A stretch of DNA of 64,000 bases from positions 177,919-241,918 of IMG/VR virus record IMGVR_UViG_3300025770_000870; one strand, 5' to 3'. Below the pieces are notes generated by a model. That model was not told the origin of the DNA. It saw nothing but the letters and a program-made list of their open reading frames with translations, and searched no databases. Both the position numbers and the translations under genes were made by a program. Below are positions 37,817 through 47,922 of the stretch, piece after piece. Positions within the stretch are counted from its first letter, which is position 1. Each line of letters starts with the position of its first letter.

Positions 37817-38497
37817 TTAGTTGTTTGGTTCAACAACGTTTGCTTCAACAACTTCCGATTCAACCTCTTTAGCTACTGGTGGTGCGATATTAACACCCTC
37901 TTCAAAAGAAAGTACCCAGTCTTGTATTTGAGTTGAAAGATTCTTAGCTGTAGCATCATAGTAATTAAATACTTTACTGATTGCTCCAATTCTACGTAGA
38001 ACTTGTGCGAAGTAATAAGCTGCGTTTGTAAGTCCTTTTACTTTATGCTCTGATATTAAGTGATAGATATATGTTATCTCAGTTGCGTTTACAGGAAAAG
38101 ATACTAGGTCTGTATCATTTGTGTATTTAGCTTCTTTCATACCACCTAATAATTCTGTTAGTTCGATAGCAAAGAATACAGTATTTGTATCATATTCTAA
38201 ATGCTTAAGAATTAAATCAGTTAAGAATTTATATTGTTTTCTGTTTAGGTGAAAATTATATTTCGCATTTGTCATAACAACCGACAATTCTTTCCAAAGC
38301 ATTTGTGAATTTTTATAAAGTTCATCTTTTTCTTCAGCGGATTTACCTTCACCATGATTATTTATCATATAATCATTGATTTCTTCTATTTTAGAATCAA
38401 GAGCTGATTCATTTTCAGGTGTTAATAACAGTTGTTCTATTTCATTTTCCATGAAAGTAACATCTGGTTTGATAACATTTGTTTCGATTTGTGTCAT
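37817..38497 (-). CDS. hypothetical helical protein
   Basis: 226-aa ORF in a minus-strand operon. Confidence 0.7.
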   Translation of the reverse strand: MTQIETNVIKPDVTFMENEIEQLLLTPENESALDSKIEEINDYMINNHGEGKSAEEKDELYKNSQMLWKELSVVMTNAKYNFHLNRKQYKFLTDLILKHLEYDTNTVFFAIELTELLGGMKEAKYTNDTDLVSFPVNATEITYIYHLISEHKVKGLTNAAYYFAQVLRRIGAISKVFNYYDATAKNLSTQIQDWVLSFEEGVNIAPPVAKEVESEVVEANVVEPNN

Positions 38498-38527
38498 ATT
38501 AATTAATTTATTTTTTATCTATATTTA

Positions 38528-38782
38528 TTATACTCTTTCTGTGTAAATTGTTTCGTCAAATATTGAATTTAATGATTCTAATTTATCTTTTGAGTTTGTA
38601 TATTTTTCAATCCATTTATCATGTTCATCCATTAAATCAGAATGTTCACCTATAGCTACTAAGTTGTTTACATATAGTGAAAGGTTAGCTCTTGCTTCTT
38701 CCATTTCTGCTTCATACTTTTTTCTTAAAGCTTTGATGTAGTTATATCCTAGGTTTTCACCTTGTTTTATCTTGTTTTCCAT
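38528..38782 (-). CDS. small coiled-coil phage protein
   Basis: ALRKKYEAEMEEARANL...IGEHSD block typical of T4-like phages. Confidence 0.7.
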   Translation of the reverse strand: MENKIKQGENLGYNYIKALRKKYEAEMEEARANLSLYVNNLVAIGEHSDLMDEHDKWIEKYTNSKDKLESLNSIFDETIYTERV

Positions 38783-38783
38783 A

Positions 38784-39215
38784 TTAAACTATAAATTCTT
38801 CGTCACTTTTAGCATCCTTTTGTTGCTCTTGATACAATTCCTCAACTTTATTAGCTCTTGCTACTTTTTCCACACCATATTTGTTTACTAATCCAGAGAA
38901 TGTATTAAGGTCTGTTCTAACTAATTTAATTTTACCAGAATCGATGTTAATATTAATTTTATCAATTTCTTGTTCGAATAAAATTGTTATTGATTCATCA
39001 TCATAAGCAGTTAATAAATCTTCATTGATTGAAATCAATAATTCCTTATCCATGATTGCTACATACTTATCTGGTATTTTACTCACGTTGATGATTGCTT
39101 TTTGTTTCTGGTCTCCTTGAAATTGAAATTTCATTGATACAGGGAATGACTTTTTATTGAAAATCTCATAAAAGTCGCTTATTGTGTCTTCCGACAGTTC
39201 GTAAAATCTATCCAT
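38784..39215 (-). CDS. degenerate phage metallopeptidase-like protein
   Basis: ILFEQEIDKI...DLNTFSGLVNKYG recalls the HEL.H...HDV.EF...YG family with the His ligands lost. Confidence 0.4.
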   Translation of the reverse strand: MDRFYELSEDTISDFYEIFNKKSFPVSMKFQFQGDQKQKAIINVSKIPDKYVAIMDKELLISINEDLLTAYDDESITILFEQEIDKININIDSGKIKLVRTDLNTFSGLVNKYGVEKVARANKVEELYQEQQKDAKSDEEFIV

Positions 39216-39269
39216 TGTTTAATGTTTTTGTTTTTATATTATAAGGTGTATATATGAAAAGTTTACTAT

Positions 39270-39743
39270 TTATATAAATAAAAATAGTAATATCGTTGAT
39301 AAAACGACAGCAGTTGGTATTACTTTATAATATAAGTTATTGTAATACTTATCTGACTTAAAAATTGAAAATCCAACAACAATTAAGTATGAGTATTTAT
39401 CAACTTTATCAATCTTATAAACATCATAAAGTTCTAGTAGTCCTTTTGAAGATAAATACTTTGATAATTCTGATGTATATTCTTTTATGTAGGTTTCTGA
39501 TATTTTATCTATATCTGCCTTTTTAAGTGAAAAATTTTCCCCTATTAAATCTTCTGGTACGTTAAGTACTGTGTAAATTCTCTTAGCACTATCAATTCTA
39601 ACATTGAATTTTGGCTCTAGTTCAAATTGTATTTCCTTTAAAATCTTTTTATAAGATCTAAAGAGTTTGATCTTTTTAAAGAGTGATATATTCTTATTCA
39701 TAAATGTTATATCATTAATAATGTTTTTGTTTATGTGAATCAT
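39270..39743 (-). CDS. hypothetical protein with C-terminal TM anchor
   Basis: ends VIPTAVVLSTILLFLFI. Confidence 0.6.
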   Translation of the reverse strand: MIHINKNIINDITFMNKNISLFKKIKLFRSYKKILKEIQFELEPKFNVRIDSAKRIYTVLNVPEDLIGENFSLKKADIDKISETYIKEYTSELSKYLSSKGLLELYDVYKIDKVDKYSYLIVVGFSIFKSDKYYNNLYYKVIPTAVVLSTILLFLFI

Positions 39744-39755
39744 TAATTTTAAAAA

Positions 39756-42700
39756 TTAGTTTAATTCCTCTACATTCTGAATCTTTCCATCACTCGCATC
39801 TTGTATAAATTCATCTATTGTGTTTGTTGATTTGTCAATATTTGTCAATAATCCTATTAATAAATCCAGTTGTTGTGGTATTGATCTACCTTCTAAACCA
39901 TACTTAGTTTTATCTGTAAGATTAGGTAACTTAACATTCTTTTTACCAACTGATTCTGGTTTATCTTCTCCACCCCATAATCCGGTAAATTTACCGAGGT
40001 CATCCATTGGGTGCCATCCACCATCATTCTCACTTTTTATTTGACTTAAATCATTTGCTAATTGATCAGTTTGAAGAGATTTAACTTCCTTTAGCTTTTC
40101 CATGTTGATTGCTTCTAAAGCAATTCCAAATTTCTCAAAAGAGGTGGTTAATATATCATATGAATCCGCTAATACAACCATACCACCTGCAATTCTCATT
40201 ATTGGATCCTCTCCAAATCCAAATGCGCCAGCAACACTACCCAAGAAGGATCCTTCTTTTTCTTCGACTCTTGTTAAATACTCAGCTAATCTAGTATAGT
40301 CTATTATATTTCTGCTTAATTTCTTTATAAAGAGAGGGTCTATTTTAACATCAAAATATTTTTTATTTTTATAAAAAATATAAGCTGTGTTTGCCATAGC
40401 TTGTGCTACTCTATCAATAATACCCATATCTTTTTCAGTTCTAACCACTTCCGTTTTCGTACTCGTCTTAGCACCGAAACCAGCAAATCCTCCTGATTTA
40501 CTACTTGTAGTTTTTGTTGAAGTAGTTACTAACATATCATCAAGCCATTTTCCCAACTTTGCGAATCCCATTACATTCGTAGCTATATTTGGTATAAATT
40601 TTGGATCTAGTTTAACTGCAAAATATCTTTTATTATCAAAAAGAATACGGGCTGTGTTTGCCATTGATTGAACACCACCCTCCAACATTGAGGAGTTCAC
40701 AGAAAAACTGTATTCGCTGTATCCAGCCATAGTTAAATCATAAAATATATCTAAAAAGGAATTTATCGCCTTTCGAATACCGATACCCCATGCTTCATCA
40801 GGATGATTTTGCCAATATTCTTTCCCAACACTCCCTAGTGTTTCTCCAGCACTCCTTATAGATCTAGCTATGATTCTTATCCCAGATCCTAGTGATTGTG
40901 CTACTTCCTCTTGGCTTGGTCCAGTCCATCCACCACCATTTGTCATCATCAGATTAAAGACTTCCGAGAACGATCCAATTGCTTCTGCAACACCTTTACC
41001 CCAACCTTTACCAGGAACATTGTCCTTTTTCCATATTTCTGGGATAGTGTCATAAAATATCCAACCCGCATCAACTATCGCCCTTGAAACCGATCGAATT
41101 CCGTAACTCATTGCCTTTATTGTCGTAACAGACGAAGAATACCAGCTCGTATTGTTCATAGCTTCAAATACTGGTGCAAATGAGTTAATTGCTGCTCCAA
41201 CACCTTCTCCCCAACGTTTTTTTGGATAGTTTTTCTTAAATGCTGCTTTATTTTCTGCGAATATACCCGCTGCATCTATAATAGCATAAGATATAGATCG
41301 GATAGCTCTTTCCATATCAGCTACTGATGGTCCATTGGACCACCCTCCTTGATTGTTCAAAACCTCATATACTGGTGCGAATGCGCCAATTGCTGTTCCA
41401 ACCCCTTCGGCCCAACGTTTTGATGGTCCATCCTTGAATTGGTCACTCGCTCCGGAAAATTTATCAGCGGCTGATATAATACCATCAGAAACCGTTGTGA
41501 TAGCATTCGTAAAATCATCAGGACCTACACCACTACCACCAAGTATTGACATTATAGAATTCATCTGCATCATTTTATAAATAGGCATAAATGCTCCTAA
41601 TGCTATCGATATTCCTTCTGCCCACTCTTTTGTTGGACCACCTTTATAATTTCCCTTATAAAGAGTATGTGATACGGCTACTATTGTATCTGCTATCGTC
41701 AACATCATACCCTGTGCTACTAAAAATGGATCATCTCCTCCGAAGAATGAAATAATAGCACCCGCTACACTCATGACACCCAATGCCATTATAATTGGTG
41801 TAAATGTTAAATATAATAATGCTGTAGCTGTTGCCCATTCTAACATACCTGCATTATCATATTTACCCTTGGATAGAATATCTGATACTTTTGCTATAGT
41901 AGCAGCTACAACTAGTATAGCACCTAAACCAGCTAAAAATATTAGTGCTTGTGGACCAAATACCATCAGACCCAAGAGTATAGCGGCGGTAGCCATAACT
42001 GTCATAGCTAAGGCCACTCCGGCTAACCACTCTATACCTGGGTAGGTTTCATAAGTACCTAATGCTTGAATGTAATCCAATGCTACAATAGCAAGTGCTA
42101 CAACTAGTATAGCAACTAAACCAGCTAAAAATACTAGTGCTTGTGGACCAAATACAAACGATCCTAAGAGTACAGCAGCGACACCCATCGCTACCATACT
42201 TAAACCTACTCCGATTATCCAATCTAAACCTGGATATGTATCATAATTACCTAATGCTAAAATGTGTGATGTTACCATTACTGCTACCGCTATAATCAAA
42301 ATTGCTAATCCACCTTTTAATAGATCAACAACACCCATCTTACTTAATACCTTCATTGGTCCGACTAATGCAATAGTAAGACCGGCCATTAATACACCAA
42401 TTGCTGCTATTTTAAGTATTAGTCCCCAACTTATATCAGCGGTTAATGCTAAAATGTGTGATGATACCATAATCGCTATTGATATCAATGTAAAGAATAT
42501 TGGTATTTTAGGGAGTGATGACCATTCCATTTTATTCATTGCTTTAACTATTTTTACCATCCCAAATGATAAAACAACAAATAATATTGCTATAAGTACT
42601 GATGTAAACCATTGCATAAGACCCACTGGTTGTACTAAAGAGAGTGCGTATGATGCTCCTGCTATACCTAGTGCGATAGCTGGTAGAATTAATGGTAAGA

Positions 42701-43580
42701 AAATAGATGCTTGTATTAAATCTTTGGTACCCATTCCCTTAAATGCTTGTAACATATTTCTAATACCATATGATACTACTGCGAATATTGCCGCTATGAA
42801 TATAGATGCTATTACTTGTGAGAATCCTATTGGTTGTACTAATCCTAATGCGTATGATGCGAGAGCAATACCTAATGCGATAGCTGGTAAAATCAATGGT
42901 AAGAAAAGAACAGATTTCACTATACTGGCCATTGATAGACCCTTAAATGCTCCTAATAATTTTCTAATACCAAATGCAATTACCGAAAATACACCAGCTA
43001 CAAAAACAGCGGTTATTGCTTGCATAAATGATATAGGCCTTATCATTGATAATGCGTAAGATGAAAGAGCTACTGCTATTGACATAAATACCATAGCTAA
43101 AGAAGCCAGAGCTATATCTTTTAATGAGGATCCTTTGGTCGCTTCCGCCACTTGAGCAAACGCGAATCCTATTGCTACCATAGCTAATCCTAAACCAATA
43201 GCTGATAAAACATCAACCGGTCCGACTAATTTCAACGCTAATCCTATTGCTAAAACAGCTACTGCTATTAGTAATATAGTACCAACACCTTTTTTAATAC
43301 TACTTTCTTTCTTCTTATCAGTACCACTTTCCTCAATAACATCCTTAGATTTCTCTTTGGAAAGAGCTATTATTGTTTTCTGATTGGTTAAAATTTCTTG
43401 AGTATCAGTTTTAATTGATTGTATACCTACGTTTATGGCTTCTAATTTCTTACCAAAATCACCTCCTTTTAATGCAGCGCCTGTTGCAGAAGCACCATCT
43501 TTCTTACTATCGAGAGCTGCCGCTATCATTTCTAATGAAACTGATAAATTGTCTAATGCTTTTAATAATTGCTTATCCAT
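39756..43580 (-). CDS. tape measure protein
   Basis: 1274 aa, Ala/Gly/Leu-rich amphipathic and hydrophobic repeats, periodic W..G....I..F motifs, late promoter. Confidence 0.75.
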   Translation of the reverse strand: MDKQLLKALDNLSVSLEMIAAALDSKKDGASATGAALKGGDFGKKLEAINVGIQSIKTDTQEILTNQKTIIALSKEKSKDVIEESGTDKKKESSIKKGVGTILLIAVAVLAIGLALKLVGPVDVLSAIGLGLAMVAIGFAFAQVAEATKGSSLKDIALASLAMVFMSIAVALSSYALSMIRPISFMQAITAVFVAGVFSVIAFGIRKLLGAFKGLSMASIVKSVLFLPLILPAIALGIALASYALGLVQPIGFSQVIASIFIAAIFAVVSYGIRNMLQAFKGMGTKDLIQASIFLPLILPAIALGIAGASYALSLVQPVGLMQWFTSVLIAILFVVLSFGMVKIVKAMNKMEWSSLPKIPIFFTLISIAIMVSSHILALTADISWGLILKIAAIGVLMAGLTIALVGPMKVLSKMGVVDLLKGGLAILIIAVAVMVTSHILALGNYDTYPGLDWIIGVGLSMVAMGVAAVLLGSFVFGPQALVFLAGLVAILVVALAIVALDYIQALGTYETYPGIEWLAGVALAMTVMATAAILLGLMVFGPQALIFLAGLGAILVVAATIAKVSDILSKGKYDNAGMLEWATATALLYLTFTPIIMALGVMSVAGAIISFFGGDDPFLVAQGMMLTIADTIVAVSHTLYKGNYKGGPTKEWAEGISIALGAFMPIYKMMQMNSIMSILGGSGVGPDDFTNAITTVSDGIISAADKFSGASDQFKDGPSKRWAEGVGTAIGAFAPVYEVLNNQGGWSNGPSVADMERAIRSISYAIIDAAGIFAENKAAFKKNYPKKRWGEGVGAAINSFAPVFEAMNNTSWYSSSVTTIKAMSYGIRSVSRAIVDAGWIFYDTIPEIWKKDNVPGKGWGKGVAEAIGSFSEVFNLMMTNGGGWTGPSQEEVAQSLGSGIRIIARSIRSAGETLGSVGKEYWQNHPDEAWGIGIRKAINSFLDIFYDLTMAGYSEYSFSVNSSMLEGGVQSMANTARILFDNKRYFAVKLDPKFIPNIATNVMGFAKLGKWLDDMLVTTSTKTTSSKSGGFAGFGAKTSTKTEVVRTEKDMGIIDRVAQAMANTAYIFYKNKKYFDVKIDPLFIKKLSRNIIDYTRLAEYLTRVEEKEGSFLGSVAGAFGFGEDPIMRIAGGMVVLADSYDILTTSFEKFGIALEAINMEKLKEVKSLQTDQLANDLSQIKSENDGGWHPMDDLGKFTGLWGGEDKPESVGKKNVKLPNLTDKTKYGLEGRSIPQQLDLLIGLLTNIDKSTNTIDEFIQDASDGKIQNVEELN

Positions 43581-43659
43581 AAAAAACTTTTATTTCCAAA
43601 GTATATATAAAAACTGGATACGTCTTCTTAATATATACATGTACAAATAATACATTATT

Positions 43660-44109
43660 ATGGGATTTAAAAAGTTAGTTAATTACTACGTATTACGCAA
43701 ATCTTTAAAAGAAATCGAGATGAATAGAATTTTAGAAAAAATATACAAGAAAATAAAAATTTCTACTAAAGAAAAGAAATTTTTGGATTTATATAATCGT
43801 ACTACCGAAGAGGTTGCTAAGGATTTGATGTTCTTGTCTAAAAATGCAACTTCTAGAAAGGTTAAAGAAATATTAGAAAGAGGTAAGAAAGTCATTTGTG
43901 ATTTACATGATAGGGATGGTAAAATTGGACTTGAGATACTTAGTATTGAGAATAATGTCGATTCTGTTACATGTGATGTTATTATGAGAAATGAGACACA
44001 TCAATTACATGATAGATTTTTATATAATATTATTTATAATAATATAAAAAAAGAGTATTCATTACAAGAACAAGACGAATATTATGAAAAAATAGAAGCT
44101 ACGAAATGA
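43660..44109 (+). CDS. hypothetical protein
   Basis: EMNRILEKIYKKIKISTKEKKFLD helix motif near the N-terminus. Confidence 0.65.
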   Translation: MGFKKLVNYYVLRKSLKEIEMNRILEKIYKKIKISTKEKKFLDLYNRTTEEVAKDLMFLSKNATSRKVKEILERGKKVICDLHDRDGKIGLEILSIENNVDSVTCDVIMRNETHQLHDRFLYNIIYNNIKKEYSLQEQDEYYEKIEATK

Positions 44110-44378
44110 TAAAGAAATTTAAACAATTTAATGAAGAAATATCTGGTACTGAATTGGTTGGTCCTATTGGTCCTGCTTATGGTGAGACGGGGTTACAGAA
44201 TAAAACCATAAATTCACATGACACAAATGTTATTTATTCAGAGATGGATTCTAAGATATATACAATAGATGAATATAATGATATTTATGGTGAGTACCTT
44301 AAATTTGGTGGATCTCCGTTAGATGGATTTACAAAAGAAAATATAGATATAATATTGGATTTTTTACAAACTAATTAA
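44106..44378 (+). CDS. small protein with CTS-like N-terminus
   Basis: MIKKFKQFNEE. Confidence 0.7.
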   Translation: MIKKFKQFNEEISGTELVGPIGPAYGETGLQNKTINSHDTNVIYSEMDSKIYTIDEYNDIYGEYLKFGGSPLDGFTKENIDIILDFLQTN

Positions 44379-44423
44379 TTTAATTTATATATACATTTTG
44401 ATAAAAAACAGAAATCAAAATTT

Positions 44424-45752
44424 ATGAGCAAGTTAGTAACATTAAACGGGTTAAATGATGAAGAAATATTAAATGATATATTCATCGATGAGATAATTGT
44501 CCTTGAAGATATACAGGGAAGTAAAATATGGGTTAATTGGGATGGTAAGCATTTTAATATCAAACCTAAATCTATATCAAATGAGTCAATAAATCTAATT
44601 GACTTAGCAATGCAAAATTATTATAATCCGGCTATCAATTATTTAAATTCATTAGATGATAGAACAAAAAGCCTTTTAAATAAAAAATGGTGGTTTTGTT
44701 TCGAGTATTTTCCTGATGAGCAACCTGCTAATATAGAGTATAATAGAGTTCCTAAGAATAATCTTGTTCTTACAGCTATTTCTAAGTCTAGAAAATATGA
44801 ATTTACTATTGAAGAGTTAGATGAGTATTCTAGATTATTTAATGTTGATGTGGTGCCGGTTATATATCAAGGTACTTTGACCGAAAGTATGAAAGAAGCG
44901 ATAAAGTATTTTATTAATACTAGTGAGGATGATTTAGAGTATATTTTTGGTGAAAAGTCATTTGCATTCTTCTTTTATGGAATATTAAACCCATCAGTTA
45001 ATAACTCTTTCTTAATGGATAATGAATTCCAAAATAATGTTGAGAAACTTATTATTAAGAGTAAAACAAAGGATATTTCATTTCAGTTATTAAATCCTTT
45101 ATATAAAAGGTTGAGTGATGATAATCATACAGACTTTGTTGAGATTTATACATTAATATTAATTAATTTCTTGAATTTTTCTCAATCTATTAATTTAGAA
45201 GATATTAAATTGAAAGGTGATAGAAAAGATGAAGTTTACATATATTTAGTTTCTAAAATATTCAATGTTTATATATCGGAGGTCAAACAAGATTTACTTG
45301 ACTTTGACTTTGTTGTTCCTGAATTCTTTGATAAGGATAAATTTAAGATAAATATTGAATTGATTAGTAATAAATTAACAAAGGATTATATAAAAGAGAG
45401 TGATAAATTAGAATATATTTTTAAGGTTATTCTTGGATCTTTCAACAAGAAAAGAAAGAAACCAATTGGTATATTCACTGAGAATACAGTTAAGTTATTT
45501 AATAAATTTGTAGTTGATATCGATGATTATATCGATACTTATTTAGGAAAACTACATGAAATTGAATTAGGTAGATCTGGTCTACTAGATTTCGGTGACT
45601 TCTTTGATATTCAATATGATACTGATGGAGAGGGTGAAGTTTATCCAGATGTTTACTCAGAGTTTTCTAAGACTGGTGGTCAGAACAAGAAGAAGAAAAA
45701 AGGTAAGGGTGGTAAATTCCCAATTGATCCAGGTAAAATTCCATTTAAATAA
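44424..45752 (+). CDS. RNA-ligase-fold protein lacking the catalytic Lys
   Basis: LEDIQGSK in place of EKxDGxN, FCFEYF (motif III-like), VVPVIYQG. Confidence 0.5.
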   Translation: MSKLVTLNGLNDEEILNDIFIDEIIVLEDIQGSKIWVNWDGKHFNIKPKSISNESINLIDLAMQNYYNPAINYLNSLDDRTKSLLNKKWWFCFEYFPDEQPANIEYNRVPKNNLVLTAISKSRKYEFTIEELDEYSRLFNVDVVPVIYQGTLTESMKEAIKYFINTSEDDLEYIFGEKSFAFFFYGILNPSVNNSFLMDNEFQNNVEKLIIKSKTKDISFQLLNPLYKRLSDDNHTDFVEIYTLILINFLNFSQSINLEDIKLKGDRKDEVYIYLVSKIFNVYISEVKQDLLDFDFVVPEFFDKDKFKINIELISNKLTKDYIKESDKLEYIFKVILGSFNKKRKKPIGIFTENTVKLFNKFVVDIDDYIDTYLGKLHEIELGRSGLLDFGDFFDIQYDTDGEGEVYPDVYSEFSKTGGQNKKKKKGKGGKFPIDPGKIPFK

Positions 45753-45943
45753 TGATTGATATTAAAATGACCTCTGTCGAGGTAAAGGCCGAAGTACGCG
45801 AACTAAAATGTAAATATACTCGTGAAATGGCTAAGGATATACACTATTATAGTGGTTTAGATCCTTTTAGTATGGATAATAGAAGAACAACAAGAAAAGA
45901 TTCGATTAATAATATTTTTAATATAACAAAACATGATAAATAA
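45752..45943 (+). CDS. 63-aa gp23-capsid-like fragment with RKDSINNIF motif
   Basis: SVEVKAEVRELKCKYTREMAKDIHYYSGLD resembles the gp23 block V.AKSR.LKAEYT.ELAQDL.A.HG.D. Confidence 0.6.
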   Translation: MIDIKMTSVEVKAEVRELKCKYTREMAKDIHYYSGLDPFSMDNRRTTRKDSINNIFNITKHDK

Positions 45944-47195
45944 TCCGCCTATAAAGAATATGAAGGTATCAAAAAAATTATCCAGTACGGATTCTTCCAA
46001 AAATATAGTTGAAAAGCTAAACAAGAAAACTTTCCTATTACAATACTTACCATCCGTTTTAGAATACTTAGAATCAGAAAAATACATAAATTATAAAAAT
46101 GAAAAGTTAAAAACAGCTTACTTGATCGATATCATACATAATATGGTATTAAAATATTATTTCAAGAAAGAGAATAAATTTGTTATAAATGCAACTATAT
46201 TGAAAGATAAGTATGGATATCTTTATAATTATTATATCAATTATCTAATTGAGACCAAGATAATAAGTATGGTTTCTAATTATAGGAAAGGTGTATCTTC
46301 TCGTAAATATTCACTAAATGCTAAAATCATCAAATCAAAGATTCAAAGAAGATATAGAAACAAAGATAAAGTCTTATTGAAGAAATATAAAAAGAAAGTA
46401 ATGGATAGCATTGACTTCTCTGATAATGATGATTATTTGATAGGTAAAGATATCCGAGAGAAATTAATATCTGACCTTTTTTCCGTTGAGATTCAATTCG
46501 ATAGAGCTATATTTTTCCTGGATGCATTAAAAGATGAAAAATATGATGTCTATAATAGAAATGTTTATTCTGTTGAGTGTGTTAATGATAAGCATATATT
46601 TTATCACTTTGATAGCTATGGTAGAATGCACACCAATTTCACAATACTTAGATCATTCATTAGAAAGAATTGTTTATTGATAGATGGTGAGGAAACTTGT
46701 GAGATAGATATTAAAAATAGCCAACCATTATTCCTATCTAAATTAATAAAAGATAGTGATACTAAGTGGGTCAAGGAGGAAGAGTTTGAATTATTTAGAG
46801 AACTAACACTTAGTGGTAATTACTACCAATACATGATGAATGTATTGGGTATTAAAAATAGAAACGATGCTAAGGAATTAACATACAAAGTTCTTTTTGG
46901 TAGAAACATTACTAGTAAGGCTGATATTGGATTTAGAAAGGCTTTCCCGACTATACACAATTTTATAAAATTATATAAAAAGGATAATGGTAATTATAAA
47001 ACGATGGCTTATGATTTACAAAAAGCAGAGTCGAATCTTATATTCAATCGAATAATAAGACGTATAATTGTATTATACCCAGAAATAAAAATGATAACGG
47101 TACATGATAGTATTGTTTTTCCTAAAAAATATAAAGACATTATTGATGATATCTTTGAACAAGAACTTGAAAATGAATTCAATTTAACAAAATAA
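45933..47195 (+). CDS. family-A polymerase-like palm/fingers protein with N-terminal wHTH-like region
   Basis: YGRMH, motif A EIDIKNSQP, motif B RNDAKELTYKVLFG, motif C TVHDSIV; no exonuclease domain. Confidence 0.6.
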   Translation: MINNPPIKNMKVSKKLSSTDSSKNIVEKLNKKTFLLQYLPSVLEYLESEKYINYKNEKLKTAYLIDIIHNMVLKYYFKKENKFVINATILKDKYGYLYNYYINYLIETKIISMVSNYRKGVSSRKYSLNAKIIKSKIQRRYRNKDKVLLKKYKKKVMDSIDFSDNDDYLIGKDIREKLISDLFSVEIQFDRAIFFLDALKDEKYDVYNRNVYSVECVNDKHIFYHFDSYGRMHTNFTILRSFIRKNCLLIDGEETCEIDIKNSQPLFLSKLIKDSDTKWVKEEEFELFRELTLSGNYYQYMMNVLGIKNRNDAKELTYKVLFGRNITSKADIGFRKAFPTIHNFIKLYKKDNGNYKTMAYDLQKAESNLIFNRIIRRIIVLYPEIKMITVHDSIVFPKKYKDIIDDIFEQELENEFNLTK

Positions 47196-47382
47196 TATAT
47201 ACAATATGAAAACTTACTATTTAAAATCAAAATTATCAAAAGAGGTTATAAGTAAATCAGTTTTTGAATCATTATCAATAGCTATTGAGTATTTTTCTGA
47301 AGTTAAGAGATTAAACCCTGAAGAACTTCTTAAAATATACATAGTCAATGATAGTGAACTAAAATAGTTAATATATACCTTT

Positions 47383-47922
47383 GTGATTGATTTAACTAAC
47401 CCCAAAATATCATATATTGTGATATCATCTGAAAAGATTGATGATATTATGTCAATTTTGTATGCTAAAAATTATCAAATTATACCGATAAAGGGTTATT
47501 ATCAAGGTCAATATGAGGATTCATTGATGGCTTTTGGTGTTGATAATGATGAGTTAAGAAAAGATTTGATTTTTTTACTTAACCATTTTAGAGAGGATTG
47601 TGGTATAGTTAAATACTTTGGTGAGACCGGTGCTAAGAAAGTGTTCAAAGACGGCTCAGAGAAGCCCTTAGGTATCGTATTGTATAATACAGACTCAGAT
47701 AACATTTCATATTTATATGATGGTATATCGTTCTCTTTTGTTGAACAAGTTAGATATTGGAAACCTAAGAATAAAGAAGATTTTTCTGTTGGTATGTTAG
47801 TTGAATATATGAATAATAATAAGTGGTATGAAAAGGAAGTTATTAATCCATCAGAAGAATACCATAAGCTATATAAGCTTATGATAAAGTATGATAAGAT
47901 TAGAGTAGCTACTACTAACTAA
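47383..47922 (+). CDS. hypothetical protein (possible SAM-lyase/DUF3293-like fold)
   Basis: KGYYQGQYEDSLMAF...FREDCGIV pattern. Confidence 0.4.
   Translation: MIDLTNPKISYIVISSEKIDDIMSILYAKNYQIIPIKGYYQGQYEDSLMAFGVDNDELRKDLIFLLNHFREDCGIVKYFGETGAKKVFKDGSEKPLGIVLYNTDSDNISYLYDGISFSFVEQVRYWKPKNKEDFSVGMLVEYMNNNKWYEKEVINPSEEYHKLYKLMIKYDKIRVATTN

Noticed and set aside
39820-43650. Plus-strand ORFs inside the tape measure gene (for example 42262-43059)
   Set aside because: Antisense shadows of Ala/Ile-rich codons; no promoter or recognisable motif
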